NCBI GenBank assembly: GCA_026395175.1
Contig: JAPLZF010000009.1
Coordinates: forward strand, 82,083-146,082
Direction of reading: 5' to 3'
Source: Candidatus Staskawiczbacteria bacterium
GTDB taxonomy: Bacteria > Patescibacteriota > Minisyncoccia > Minisyncoccales > Staskawiczbacteraceae
DNA: 64,000 bases
A model generated the notes under the pieces. It saw only the letters and a list, made by a program, of their open reading frames with translations. It did no database searches and had not been told where the DNA came from. Below, piece by piece: positions 38,225-48,258 of the stretch. The translations under genes and the position numbers were made by a program. Numbering within the stretch: the stretch's first letter is position 1; every line of letters begins with the position of its first letter.

Positions 38225-39496
38225 TTAAATCTTTAATAATTGTCTTAATCTTTCGTTCTCCTTTTCTTCAAACGGACCAATAATGGCTAAATTAAGCTTT
38301 TCGGGCAAAAATATGTCTTCTGCAATTTTCTGGATGTCATCAACCGAAACCTCGTCAATTTTTTTAAACTTTTCTTCCGGAGTCAGAATATTTTTTTCCA
38401 ATAATTCCTGCACTGCGTAAAAAGATGCCTGGCTGTCTGAAGAATCCAAAGACAAAGATGTAATGCCCTTTAAATAATCTTTTGCCTTCTGCAATTCTTT
38501 TTGCGTGATCTTTTTATCTTTCATACTTTTATATTCCTGCAATATTAATTTTACAGATTTTTCCAAATTTTTGTGGTCAATTCCGGCCTGCGTTACCAAA
38601 TATCCGGTGTCGGTGGAGCTATCGGCTGAAGTATGAATTGAATATGCCAAACCGTTCCTTTCCCTTACTTTTATAAAAAGCCGAGAACTCATATTTCCTC
38701 CCAAAATTATAGACAACAAAGCTAAAGCATATTTTCTTTTATCAAACAAATCATAAGCCCTGACTCCCAAACAAAAATGCGTCTGGTCTGTCTTTTTGTG
38801 ATGCAATAAAACTTCAGGTTTTAACTGGCTTTCTTTTACTTTAATTTTTTGCCCAGTTTTGCTGTCCTTTGAATTTTTAAAATAATTTTTTATTTTTTCT
38901 TCCATTTTATCTGAATTCACAGCTCCCGAAACACAGACAATTATATTAGATGGAGAATAATGAGCGTTATAATAATCCAAAACCTTTTTCCTGTTAAAGC
39001 CCAAAATGTTTTCTTTCTCGCCTATAACTCGCCAGCCGGCAGGAGTGTCGCCGTATAAAAGTTTTTCAAAAAGTTCTCCAACGTAAGCCATCGGCGTATC
39101 CAAATACATGTTTACCTCTTCAACTATTACTCCTTTTTCTCTTTCCATCTCTTTTTCATCAAACTTAGAATTCAAAAATATATCGCATATCCAATCTAAA
39201 GCAATGTCAGAATGCAATTTATCAACTTTTGCCCAAAATCCGGTAATTTCTTTTGAAGTAAAAGCATTGTATTCTCCGCCAACCGAATCCAAGGTTTCTG
39301 AAATTTTCAAAGTATTCGGCCGTTTTTGAGTGCCTTTAAAAAACATATGCTCTAAAAAATGAGAAATCCCATTTATGTCTTTTGTCTCATATTTTGACCC
39401 TGTGCCAACCAAAATTAAAGCCGTGACAGAATTGGCGTTTTCCATCGGGATTGTGATAACCCTTAGTCCGTTGCTTAAAGTTGTTTTTTTATACAT
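38225..39496 (-). CDS. M16 family zinc peptidase
   Basis: HFLEH, SSRLF..VRE..GLAY. Confidence 0.93.
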   Translation of the reverse strand: MYKKTTLSNGLRVITIPMENANSVTALILVGTGSKYETKDINGISHFLEHMFFKGTQKRPNTLKISETLDSVGGEYNAFTSKEITGFWAKVDKLHSDIALDWICDIFLNSKFDEKEMEREKGVIVEEVNMYLDTPMAYVGELFEKLLYGDTPAGWRVIGEKENILGFNRKKVLDYYNAHYSPSNIIVCVSGAVNSDKMEEKIKNYFKNSKDSKTGQKIKVKESQLKPEVLLHHKKTDQTHFCLGVRAYDLFDKRKYALALLSIILGGNMSSRLFIKVRERNGLAYSIHTSADSSTDTGYLVTQAGIDHKNLEKSVKLILQEYKSMKDKKITQKELQKAKDYLKGITSLSLDSSDSQASFYAVQELLEKNILTPEEKFKKIDEVSVDDIQKIAEDIFLPEKLNLAIIGPFEEKENERLRQLLKI

Positions 39497-40170
39497 AGTT
39501 GTAATCTTATTTTTATTATTTGCCCAACCATTTTTACACGGCTTATAAAGCCTTTGCAAAACCCGTATTTTTTTTCTTTAATTATTATTGAGAGCTTGGG
39601 CAATTTTACATATTTTACGAGCAACTTTTTATTTATGCAATAATGGTTTAACGCCAGCTCCACTGCAAATTTTTGAATAAATTTTTCCGGAATGTCTTCT
39701 AATATAGCCCGCTTAATTGCCCGCTCTCCTCCAATTGCCAACAAAGGATCAATTTTTACAACCAGTTTAGGAAACCCAAAAAACCTGTCTCTTATTCCAA
39801 CACACATATCAGCATTATCTTTTACCATTGGCTCCAAAAGCAAATAAATATGTTTTTGTGATAAACCAATCAAATCTGCGTCAAAGAAAACAATAATTTC
39901 AGCATTGGTTGCATTCAAGCCTTGTTTCATTGCGTTTCCCTTGCCTTTGTTTTCAGATAACTTCAAAACTTTAACTCCCAGGTTTTTTCCAATTTCTGCG
40001 GTTTTGTCAGTCGAGCCATCATCAACCAAAATTACCTCATCCAAATCTTTCGAGCTTAAAAGAACTTTCAAAACATTCCCGACATTTTTTTCTTCGTTAT
40101 ATGCCGGCACAATCGCCGCAATCCTTCGACGTGGCTCAGGACCTTCGGTTTTTTCAACAAAGTTTATCAT
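39475..40170 (-). CDS. GT2 glycosyltransferase
   Basis: PAYNE, VDDGSTD, DAD. Confidence 0.9.
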   Translation of the reverse strand: MINFVEKTEGPEPRRRIAAIVPAYNEEKNVGNVLKVLLSSKDLDEVILVDDGSTDKTAEIGKNLGVKVLKLSENKGKGNAMKQGLNATNAEIIVFFDADLIGLSQKHIYLLLEPMVKDNADMCVGIRDRFFGFPKLVVKIDPLLAIGGERAIKRAILEDIPEKFIQKFAVELALNHYCINKKLLVKYVKLPKLSIIIKEKKYGFCKGFISRVKMVGQIIKIRLQLCIKKQL

Positions 40171-41470
40171 TTAAATAATCTATCAAATCCTTTATCTTTA
40201 TTCTCTCCTGTTTCATTGTGTCGCGGTCTCTCACGGTCACGTCGTCATTTTCCAAAGTATCAAAATCAATTGTCACGCAAAACGGAGTTCCAATTTCATC
40301 CTGGCTGTAATAACGTTTCCCAATATTTCCCCTGTCGTCAAAGGCTACATTAAACCCTGAGCCTATCGAAGGGTTCCTCAACTGGATGTACACTTCTTTT
40401 GCTTTTGCAACTAATTCAGGCTTGTTTTTTAAAAGCGGAAACACAGCCACCTTATATGGAGCCAAACTTGGTTTTAGCTTTAAAACAACTCTATCTTTTT
40501 CTTCTACATAAGAATCGCAAAGCACCGCCAAAACCGACCTATCCACTCCAAAAGTCGGTTCAATAACATGCGGATAAAATTTTTCGCCGGATTCTGCGTC
40601 CTCGTATGGCGGTTCCTCAAAATGATTTTTTAAATCAAAATCTGTTCTATAGGCCAAACCATACAACTCGCTTTTTTCAAAAGGAAAGTCATATTCAATA
40701 TCTATAGTTTTTTTGGAATAATGAGCCCTATTCTCTGGCTCGCATTCGCAGTCATGAATATGTTCTTTTTTTAAGCCAAGATCATTTACCGTCCAATCCC
40801 ACATTTCTTTTTGCCAATAATCAAATACTTTTTCCCAATCAGCATCTTTTTTAGGAACTGGAATAAAATATTCAATTTCCATTTGCTCAAATTCACGAGT
40901 TCTAAAAATAAAATTTCCTGGAGTAACTTCATTTCTGAAAGCTTTTCCTGTTTGGGCGATACCAAAAGGAATTTTCCTTCTTGTTGTATCCAAAACATTT
41001 TTAAAATCAACAAACATCGACTGCGCAGTTTCAGGACGAAAATACACGGTGCTTGCGCTGTCTTCGGTTACGCCCAAAAAAGTTTTTAGCATTAAATTAA
41101 ATTGTCTCGGTTCGCCCAATTTTCCCCCGCAGTCAGGGCATTTCTTTGAATTTACATGGTCAGCTCTAAATCTCCTTTTGCATTTTTCGCATTCAACCAA
41201 TGGGTCAGCAAACTCTTTCAAATGGCCTGACGAGGCCCAAACTTTTGGATTCATAATTAAAGCCGCATCAATTCCAACCATGTCATCTCTTTTATGCACA
41301 AAACGCTTCCACCAAATATTTTTTATATTATTTTTCAACTCAACTCCCAGGGGCCCATAGTCAAACGAGTTTGCCAAACCGCCATAAATTTCAGAGCCGG
41401 GGAATATAAAACCCCGTCGCTTGCACAAAGATACAATTTTTTCCATTGAATTATTTTCTTCTTTTTTCAT
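40154..41470 (-). CDS. glyQS: Glycyl-tRNA synthetase (alpha2 type)
   Basis: DYGPLG, RPETAQ, FRTREFEQME, EIGTPF. Confidence 0.96.
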   Translation of the reverse strand: MKKEENNSMEKIVSLCKRRGFIFPGSEIYGGLANSFDYGPLGVELKNNIKNIWWKRFVHKRDDMVGIDAALIMNPKVWASSGHLKEFADPLVECEKCKRRFRADHVNSKKCPDCGGKLGEPRQFNLMLKTFLGVTEDSASTVYFRPETAQSMFVDFKNVLDTTRRKIPFGIAQTGKAFRNEVTPGNFIFRTREFEQMEIEYFIPVPKKDADWEKVFDYWQKEMWDWTVNDLGLKKEHIHDCECEPENRAHYSKKTIDIEYDFPFEKSELYGLAYRTDFDLKNHFEEPPYEDAESGEKFYPHVIEPTFGVDRSVLAVLCDSYVEEKDRVVLKLKPSLAPYKVAVFPLLKNKPELVAKAKEVYIQLRNPSIGSGFNVAFDDRGNIGKRYYSQDEIGTPFCVTIDFDTLENDDVTVRDRDTMKQERIKIKDLIDYLNDKLC

Positions 41471-41482
41471 AAATATATTATT

Positions 41483-42040
41483 CTAAGGATTTCCCACAGG
41501 CGGTATAAAAACAGCCAATGCCAATACTGTTGTCCACAAGCCGTCTTCGTTGCCTTGAGCTGACTGCGTTATGCTTGTTGTCGTGACAATCTTGTCTGAC
41601 ATTTTAAAAACTTTTTCCTTCTCATCCCAAGCTGAGTTAGGGTCAAACGCAACGCCTAAAGTCGTCGCCAGCATTGTCGCCGCCAAATCTTCAGCCATAT
41701 CCGATGCTTTTCCTTCGGTTTCTCCAAAAGGGTGATGCTCTGATAAATATCCATGCTGATTTTCTTCTGCAGGAACCGCGCATCCTACCGAAGCTGCAAT
41801 TAATCTGTTTGGCTCATTTGTCGCGTTTCTTGCCATAACACAAAAAACAACTTCTCCTGGCTTTAAGTATTCAATGCCTTCCTCTTTTTTAATTCTTTCG
41901 CATCTTGGAGGCAAAATGCTTGAAACCGAAACCAAATTAAATTTTTCAATTCCGGCATCTCGCAAAGCCATCTCAAAAGACATAAGTTGCTCTTTGGCGA
42001 CTCCTACGCCTTTTGTAAAAAACATTTTACACGGTATCAT
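41483..42040 (-). CDS. Pyruvoyl-dependent arginine decarboxylase
   Basis: [28 protein letters not shown]. Confidence 0.88.
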   Translation of the reverse strand: MIPCKMFFTKGVGVAKEQLMSFEMALRDAGIEKFNLVSVSSILPPRCERIKKEEGIEYLKPGEVVFCVMARNATNEPNRLIAASVGCAVPAEENQHGYLSEHHPFGETEGKASDMAEDLAATMLATTLGVAFDPNSAWDEKEKVFKMSDKIVTTTSITQSAQGNEDGLWTTVLALAVFIPPVGNP

Positions 42041-42088
42041 ATTTTTATTGGTTAAAATTTTTAATAATTTATTTTACTTTATTTTTTA

Positions 42089-43750
42089 TCATTGGACAAT
42101 ACCTCCGCCAGAATTGGAAAAATCATCGGGTAGGCTTGTATTTATTCCAGAATCTTGAGATGTAACCGTTGTATTTGTAAACTGGTTTTCTCCCGAAATT
42201 TGAGCCGGGCCAATAAGAGAAGCAACAGATCCTTTTTGCGAACTGTCCGGAGTTAAGGAAACCTGGAAAGAAAGAGTTACCGGGTCTCCATTCACTCCTG
42301 TGCCGGCTAGGATGTCGCCAGAGGACCAAACAATCTCACGGCTGGCCGAGTCATAAGAAAAGTTCGACGACTCATCCTGGGGCATAATTTGTCCGGTCAA
42401 GCTAACATTTTTCGGCAAAGTTGCTTTTACTTTTACATTTTTTGCATCATTAAAATAATTTTTTATTTCCCAATTTATAGTGTACGTGGTTGCCTGACCG
42501 GCTTTTGGCGGGGTAGGTCCCGAATTTGGAATATCAGAATCTTGGTAATATCCTTTTTGAGAAATCACCAGTCCGGAACTCACTTTTATTGAAAACTTCT
42601 GGGTAATTTGCGAAACATTAATTTCATCGGTTATGGTTGTATTGCTTGCATCCGAGCCGGAAGGATTCCAATTGCTTTTCACTTTTACCGAAAAATCAAC
42701 CTCTCCTTCCTGTTGCACATCCAAATGCGCCAATTGCGGAACTTGGCTGTGGTCCCAAACAATCATGTTGTCATCCGGTTGAGCTTTACCATTTTCGTCT
42801 GGTTGAATTGTAGACATATCCAATGCCGGACTATCAAGCTTTGCCACCAAAAATAAATTATCAAACGGGGTAGAACCTATATTGGTGAAAAAAATTTTAT
42901 AATGCAAGGTTTCGCCAGGTAAAGCAACATAAGAGGCCGAACCGTTAACCTGCTGAGAAATAAACAGCAACGGCTGTATAACCTGAACCTCAACGCTGGC
43001 TTGTTTTATCACAATAAAATTTCCCTTTTGCCACATTCCAAGCGAAGCTGAAAAAGTCAAATTCTGATTGGTAGTGGCGGAAACTTTTCCCGTAATATTT
43101 ATTCTTCCCCCTTGCGCTTTATTCAAAGTCTGCAATTTCCATTCTGAATTATCCAAAGATTTAGGGTCTGAAGAAACAAAATCAAAACCGGGCGTAGGAT
43201 CAATTTTAACGCTTAAGTTTTCCAGCGGGTAATCCACATTTGAAAAATAATTTATTGAATACTGCAAACTTTTTTCCTGCTCCACCTTAGTTGGCAAATC
43301 AAAATCCAAAGTAATCGGGCTTGCGTCAATTTTGGTTATAAAAGTGGTATTTGATTCATAAGTAGCTGTTATGTTTTTTGGTATATAGGAAATAGATGCC
43401 TTGGCGGTTTTCAAATCTCCGTCTTTGCCCAAAAGCCGAGCTTTGAATTTTACAGATTCCTGGTCTCCAGGATATATGTCGTTTAGACTTTGGACAATTA
43501 TTGTTTTGCCGTCTTCAGTCAAAGAATTATCCGGCAAAACAAAAGTCAGCTTTGGATTCTGCAAAACAAAATTTCCGTTGTTTTTATATTGCACAGTATA
43601 TTCTATTTCATCTCCTATTTTGGCATTGTCTGGCCCCAAAATTTCAACTTTTAAAATTTCCTTTGAAAACATCCCTTCCCTGTAAAACAAAAAGACGACA
43701 AAAATCACCACTATAACCCCAAATATTATAAAAAATGTTTTTTTGTTCAT
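42089..43750 (-). CDS. Membrane-anchored Ig-like repeat protein (DUF11-like)
   Basis: N-terminal TM, repeated YT..Y.N.G beta-sandwich patterns. Confidence 0.7.
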   Translation of the reverse strand: MNKKTFFIIFGVIVVIFVVFLFYREGMFSKEILKVEILGPDNAKIGDEIEYTVQYKNNGNFVLQNPKLTFVLPDNSLTEDGKTIIVQSLNDIYPGDQESVKFKARLLGKDGDLKTAKASISYIPKNITATYESNTTFITKIDASPITLDFDLPTKVEQEKSLQYSINYFSNVDYPLENLSVKIDPTPGFDFVSSDPKSLDNSEWKLQTLNKAQGGRINITGKVSATTNQNLTFSASLGMWQKGNFIVIKQASVEVQVIQPLLFISQQVNGSASYVALPGETLHYKIFFTNIGSTPFDNLFLVAKLDSPALDMSTIQPDENGKAQPDDNMIVWDHSQVPQLAHLDVQQEGEVDFSVKVKSNWNPSGSDASNTTITDEINVSQITQKFSIKVSSGLVISQKGYYQDSDIPNSGPTPPKAGQATTYTINWEIKNYFNDAKNVKVKATLPKNVSLTGQIMPQDESSNFSYDSASREIVWSSGDILAGTGVNGDPVTLSFQVSLTPDSSQKGSVASLIGPAQISGENQFTNTTVTSQDSGINTSLPDDFSNSGGGIVQ

Positions 43751-43786
43751 ATTTTTTATTAGTTTATTATATCACTAAAATTAGAA

Positions 43787-44500
43787 TTAAGATGGACAAA
43801 ACGAATTAAAAGCATTTTCTGAAATTTCTGACAGCATTTTCTGATAAGCCGGTTCAACTTTTAATTTAGACAATGTCTGCCAATCTTTTGATAAAATAAT
43901 CCTTAATATTTTTACAATGTCTGAATTCACTATTTTTGCTGATTTGTCGTTGCTAAAACATTTTTCGCAAATAATGCCGCCTTCTTTAGCAGAAAAATAA
44001 ATACTGCGCGGGTTTAATTTTTCATGGCAATTTGCGCAATTCTGGACTTCGCAATGGTACCCCAGCAAAGAAAAAACATTCCACAAAAAATAATAATAAA
44101 CTAATTGCTTGTTCTTAACCTGCCCATTTAATCTTTCAATTGTTTCGTCTAATAAATTAAAAATATCTTTGTCTTTTTGTTCGCCTTTTACAAAATTATC
44201 CAAAACTTCTGCTATTTTGTTGGCAATTTCAAACTTCTCCAAGTCACAATAAACATTGCCAAACTTTTTAGTTGCCACGGCATCCGTGAGGGTTTTCTTT
44301 ATTTTGCCCTGTATAAATTCTATTTCCGACACAAAAAAAATATCAATTCCGCTTCTTAATTTTGAAGCATTTTTTCTTATGGCTTTGGCAAAAATATCCA
44401 ATCTTCCAAAGTCGTCTGTAAAAACAGAAAAAACCCTGTCTGATTCATTTGCATCATTCTTTTTAAAAACAAAAGCTCTTGTTTTATAGCGAGTCGTCAT
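43787..44500 (-). CDS. recO: DNA repair protein RecO
   Basis: E.DR...FT..G, C..C / C..C zinc site. Confidence 0.9.
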   Translation of the reverse strand: MTTRYKTRAFVFKKNDANESDRVFSVFTDDFGRLDIFAKAIRKNASKLRSGIDIFFVSEIEFIQGKIKKTLTDAVATKKFGNVYCDLEKFEIANKIAEVLDNFVKGEQKDKDIFNLLDETIERLNGQVKNKQLVYYYFLWNVFSLLGYHCEVQNCANCHEKLNPRSIYFSAKEGGIICEKCFSNDKSAKIVNSDIVKILRIILSKDWQTLSKLKVEPAYQKMLSEISENAFNSFCPS

Positions 44501-44874
44501 TTTATCCCGCCAATTTTTTTGAAAAAACTTATTTCTTTCCTGATGTCTGCATGCTCTTTTGGAGTTTTGGCGCCAAGCAATTTTTTATTGAGCCCTGCAA
44601 TGCTTCTGTTCAAATCTGTCTTAGAAACATTAGAGCCATAAACTTGAGGAATATCTTTTTTTATCAATTCTGCTCTTTGCGCCGGACTCAAGTTAAGCCC
44701 CGCACTTCTCTCAGCCTGCCAAACTCCGGCATCTGTTCTCATTTTTTGCTCCAATGCCTTTCTTGAAATTTCCGGCTTTCCACCGAAGATTGAGCCGTCC
44801 TGCTTTGCCGGCTGGCTTGGCATTGATTTTTGCGGAGTTTGCGGTATTTTTGATCCCATTTTTTGATTATCCAT
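44497..44874 (-). CDS. Hypothetical protein
   Basis: 125-aa ORF between ileS and recO. Confidence 0.6.
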   Translation of the reverse strand: MDNQKMGSKIPQTPQKSMPSQPAKQDGSIFGGKPEISRKALEQKMRTDAGVWQAERSAGLNLSPAQRAELIKKDIPQVYGSNVSKTDLNRSIAGLNKKLLGAKTPKEHADIRKEISFFKKIGGIK

Positions 44875-44879
44875 ATTTT

Positions 44880-47672
44880 TTATTTTTTAATAATATTTAT
44901 TTTTGTTTTGTCGGCTTCAACGTTTTCATCTTTTACAAAAATTTCCACTGCTCTGAATTCTTTCAGCAAAAATTCCTTATTCTTTTCTATAATCAATTTC
45001 TCTTTTTCAGAGACAAACATTTCAACAGAAATTTTATCTTGCGGAACCAATTTTTGTTCTTTTCTTTGGTTTTGTACTGCCCTTATAATTTCCCGCAATG
45101 TTCCCTCTTCTTTTAATTCTTCTGTAAGATTTATGTCCAGCTCAACTTCGCCTGCAATTTTGTCATCAAAAATAATTTCTTTTACATTCACTTCATCTTT
45201 TACCAATCCCAACAAATCATTTTCATTTTTTATTTTAGCTTTTATATTTTTTATTTTCAGTAAAGCCAACGGCTGTTTTACTTTAACTCCTTTTGCAATT
45301 CTTTCGGCCAAAGCTAAGTTAACAACCGTTCTCACTTCATTCATTTTTTCTTCCAGGTCATTATTAATTTTCTTTTTGTCCACATCTGGCCAGATGCATA
45401 AATGCACTGACTCTGGTGTATCATTTGTTTTTACCTGCTGATAAATTTCCTCTGCAAAAAATGGCATTGCCGGAGACATCAATAAAGATACATAATTTAA
45501 AACATATCGCAGGGTAGCCAATGCGTCTTTTTTGTCTTGCCCGTCTTCCTTAAAGCGTTCTCGGCTTCTCCTTAAATACCAGACAGAAAAGTCATCAATA
45601 AAGTCAGTCAATGGTCGTGTAGCCAAATCTAATCTGTAACTTTCATAACCCTCTGTAATATTTTTTATCAACCCGTTAAGTCGAGATATTATCCATTGGT
45701 CAAGCAAATTTTTGCTTTTATTGCTTGCCGGAGTGCCGTCTGCATAAAGCTGATAAAAAGATAAAACGTTGTAAAGCCTGCTGATATTTTTGTTTGCAAT
45801 TTCGGCAACACCTTTTTCAGAAAACGCCAGATTGTCTGCCTGCACCACAGGCGAGCTCAACATATAAAACCTCATTGCATCTGCTCCATACTTTTCCATT
45901 ACTTCTTTTGGATCTGGATAGTTTTTTAACTTTTTAGACATTTTTTTGCCGTCTTCAGCCAAAACAATTCCGGTTACAATGCAATTTTTAAATGCTTCCT
46001 TGCCAAATAAAGCTCCAACCAAAACATGCTGGTAATAAAACCAAGCCCTTGTTTGGTCTTGAGCTTCTCCAATAAAATCTGCCGGAATATGCTTTTTGGT
46101 GGCAAATGGCACCGACCCAGAATCAAACCAAGTGTCCAAAACATCGGGCACCCTTTTCATTTTGTCGCCACAACTGCAATCAAAAACCACTTCATCAACA
46201 ACATCTTTATGCAAATCAACAACTTTTATTCCGCTGGCTTTCTCAAGTTCTTCTGCCGACGCAAAAACAATTTCTTTTTTGCATTTTTGGCATCTCCACA
46301 CAGGAATTGTATTTGCCCAAAAACGCTGGCGTGAAATAGACCAGTCTCTGGCTCCTTCTAACCACTGGCCAAATCTTCCTTCTTTTATATGCGTTGGCAC
46401 CCAGTGTATTTTTTTTGCGGTCTTCAACAATATTGATTTTATTTTCTCAACTGCAACAAACCACGAACTTGTAGCATAATTCAACAAAGCAGTATCACAC
46501 CTCCAGCAATGCGGGTAGCTGTGCTCATATTTTTCATATTTAAATAACAATCCTTTTTCTTCCAAATATTTTACTATTGTCAAATCTGCTTCGCGAATTT
46601 CTTCGGGCTTATCTTTTGCCCGAGGCTTTAAATCAAGCCCGGCAAACTCGCCAGTCTCCTCTTTAAATGTGCCGTCCATTTTTACGTGCTGGACAAATGG
46701 CAAGCTTTCTTTTTTGCCAAGTATCATATCGTCTGTTCCAAATGCTGGTGCTATATGAACAATTCCTGTTCCATCTTGTGTATTCACAAAATCAGCAGAA
46801 TAAACCTTTCCACTTTTTATATAATAATCAAACAATGGCTCATATTCCAGCCCAACCAAATCTTTCCCTAAAATATTTTTTACAATTTTATATTCCTTCT
46901 CATTAAAAATATCTTTTACTCTTTCTTCTGCTAAAATATAATTATTATTTTCAAATTCCACAACTACATAATTTATTTTCTCGCCAACTGCCAATGCAAC
47001 GTTGCCGGGCAAAGTCCAAGGAGTTGTAGTCCAAGCCAAAAAATAACCATCTTTTGTTTTAAACTTTAATGTTGCCGACAAATCTTTTATGTCTTTATAG
47101 CCTTCTGCAACTTCACCCTGGCTTAATGTTGTTTCGCACCGTGGACAAATATGAAGCGACCGGTAATCTTCATAAATAAGCCCCTTCTTATATAATTCTT
47201 TAAATGCCCACCATTCTGCCTGCATATACTCAAAATCCATAGTGCGATATGGGTTTTTCATATCAGCCCATCTGCCGAATCGTGGTATTATAGTCTCCCA
47301 CTCGTGAATAAAAGTAAAAATTTGTTCACGGCACAAATCATTAAATTTTTTGACTCCCATGGCTACAATATCCTTTTTGGATTTTGTGCCAAGGCTTTTT
47401 TCAACAATGTTTTCAATTGGCAAACCATGGCAATCCCAGCCCCATTGCCTTTCAACATAAAAACCCTGCATCGTTTTATACCGGGGAATTGCGTCTTTAA
47501 CCACGCTTTGAAGCAAGTGGCCATAATGCGGAGTTCCTGTGGCAAATGGCGGACCATCATAAAACACAAAAGCTTTTTTGTTTTTTGTCTGTTCTAAAGA
47601 TTTCTCAAAAATCTTATTCTCCTGCCAAAATTTTAATATTTTATTTTCCTCCTCAGAATAATTATACGGCAT
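44880..47672 (-). CDS. ileS: Isoleucyl-tRNA synthetase
   Basis: DGPPFATG.PHYGH, WTTTPWTLP, KMSK. Confidence 0.97.
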   Translation of the reverse strand: MPYNYSEEENKILKFWQENKIFEKSLEQTKNKKAFVFYDGPPFATGTPHYGHLLQSVVKDAIPRYKTMQGFYVERQWGWDCHGLPIENIVEKSLGTKSKKDIVAMGVKKFNDLCREQIFTFIHEWETIIPRFGRWADMKNPYRTMDFEYMQAEWWAFKELYKKGLIYEDYRSLHICPRCETTLSQGEVAEGYKDIKDLSATLKFKTKDGYFLAWTTTPWTLPGNVALAVGEKINYVVVEFENNNYILAEERVKDIFNEKEYKIVKNILGKDLVGLEYEPLFDYYIKSGKVYSADFVNTQDGTGIVHIAPAFGTDDMILGKKESLPFVQHVKMDGTFKEETGEFAGLDLKPRAKDKPEEIREADLTIVKYLEEKGLLFKYEKYEHSYPHCWRCDTALLNYATSSWFVAVEKIKSILLKTAKKIHWVPTHIKEGRFGQWLEGARDWSISRQRFWANTIPVWRCQKCKKEIVFASAEELEKASGIKVVDLHKDVVDEVVFDCSCGDKMKRVPDVLDTWFDSGSVPFATKKHIPADFIGEAQDQTRAWFYYQHVLVGALFGKEAFKNCIVTGIVLAEDGKKMSKKLKNYPDPKEVMEKYGADAMRFYMLSSPVVQADNLAFSEKGVAEIANKNISRLYNVLSFYQLYADGTPASNKSKNLLDQWIISRLNGLIKNITEGYESYRLDLATRPLTDFIDDFSVWYLRRSRERFKEDGQDKKDALATLRYVLNYVSLLMSPAMPFFAEEIYQQVKTNDTPESVHLCIWPDVDKKKINNDLEEKMNEVRTVVNLALAERIAKGVKVKQPLALLKIKNIKAKIKNENDLLGLVKDEVNVKEIIFDDKIAGEVELDINLTEELKEEGTLREIIRAVQNQRKEQKLVPQDKISVEMFVSEKEKLIIEKNKEFLLKEFRAVEIFVKDENVEADKTKINIIKK

Positions 47673-47676
47673 ATGT

Positions 47677-48258
47677 TTAATTTAGTTGTCTTAGTTCTGC
47701 TGTGCCAATTTCCTCTCTTTTTAAATAAAAATCTTTGTTTGGTATTCCTTTGACCGTGCAACTTAAAAAAAGAATTGGAAGCTCGTGGCTGATTATTAAA
47801 ATATTTTTACCTTTGTATTTTTTGTCTGTGTCTTTCAAAAAATCTACCATTCGTTTTTTAATCTCAATGTATGTTTCGCCGTTTTTCGGCCTTATCTTAA
47901 ACCTTCTCAAACCTCTTTCGCCAAAAAAAATACTCATCCCCATAAAAGGCAACCCGTTAAAATCTCCTGCCCCTTGCTCTCTCAGCCTTTTATCAATTTT
48001 TGGCTTTATATGCAAAATTTTTCCCACAATTTCAGCTGTCATTTTTGTTCTCAGCAACGGAGAACAAAAAATTAAATCAATGCTTCGACCCTGCTCAGCA
48101 CAGGTGTTTTTAAGCTTTTTGGCTGTTTCTTTTGCTTTCTGCCTGCCAATTTTTGTTAAAGGATTATAAAATTTTTCCGGCCAGCAGGATACAAGCTCTT
48201 TTACGTTTGAAATTGCCTGCCCGTGCCGCATTATATAATATTTGTTATTTAGCTTCAT
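47677..48258 (-). CDS. Histidine phosphatase family protein
   Basis: RHG, SPLLR, ISH. Confidence 0.88.
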   Translation of the reverse strand: MKLNNKYYIMRHGQAISNVKELVSCWPEKFYNPLTKIGRQKAKETAKKLKNTCAEQGRSIDLIFCSPLLRTKMTAEIVGKILHIKPKIDKRLREQGAGDFNGLPFMGMSIFFGERGLRRFKIRPKNGETYIEIKKRMVDFLKDTDKKYKGKNILIISHELPILFLSCTVKGIPNKDFYLKREEIGTAELRQLN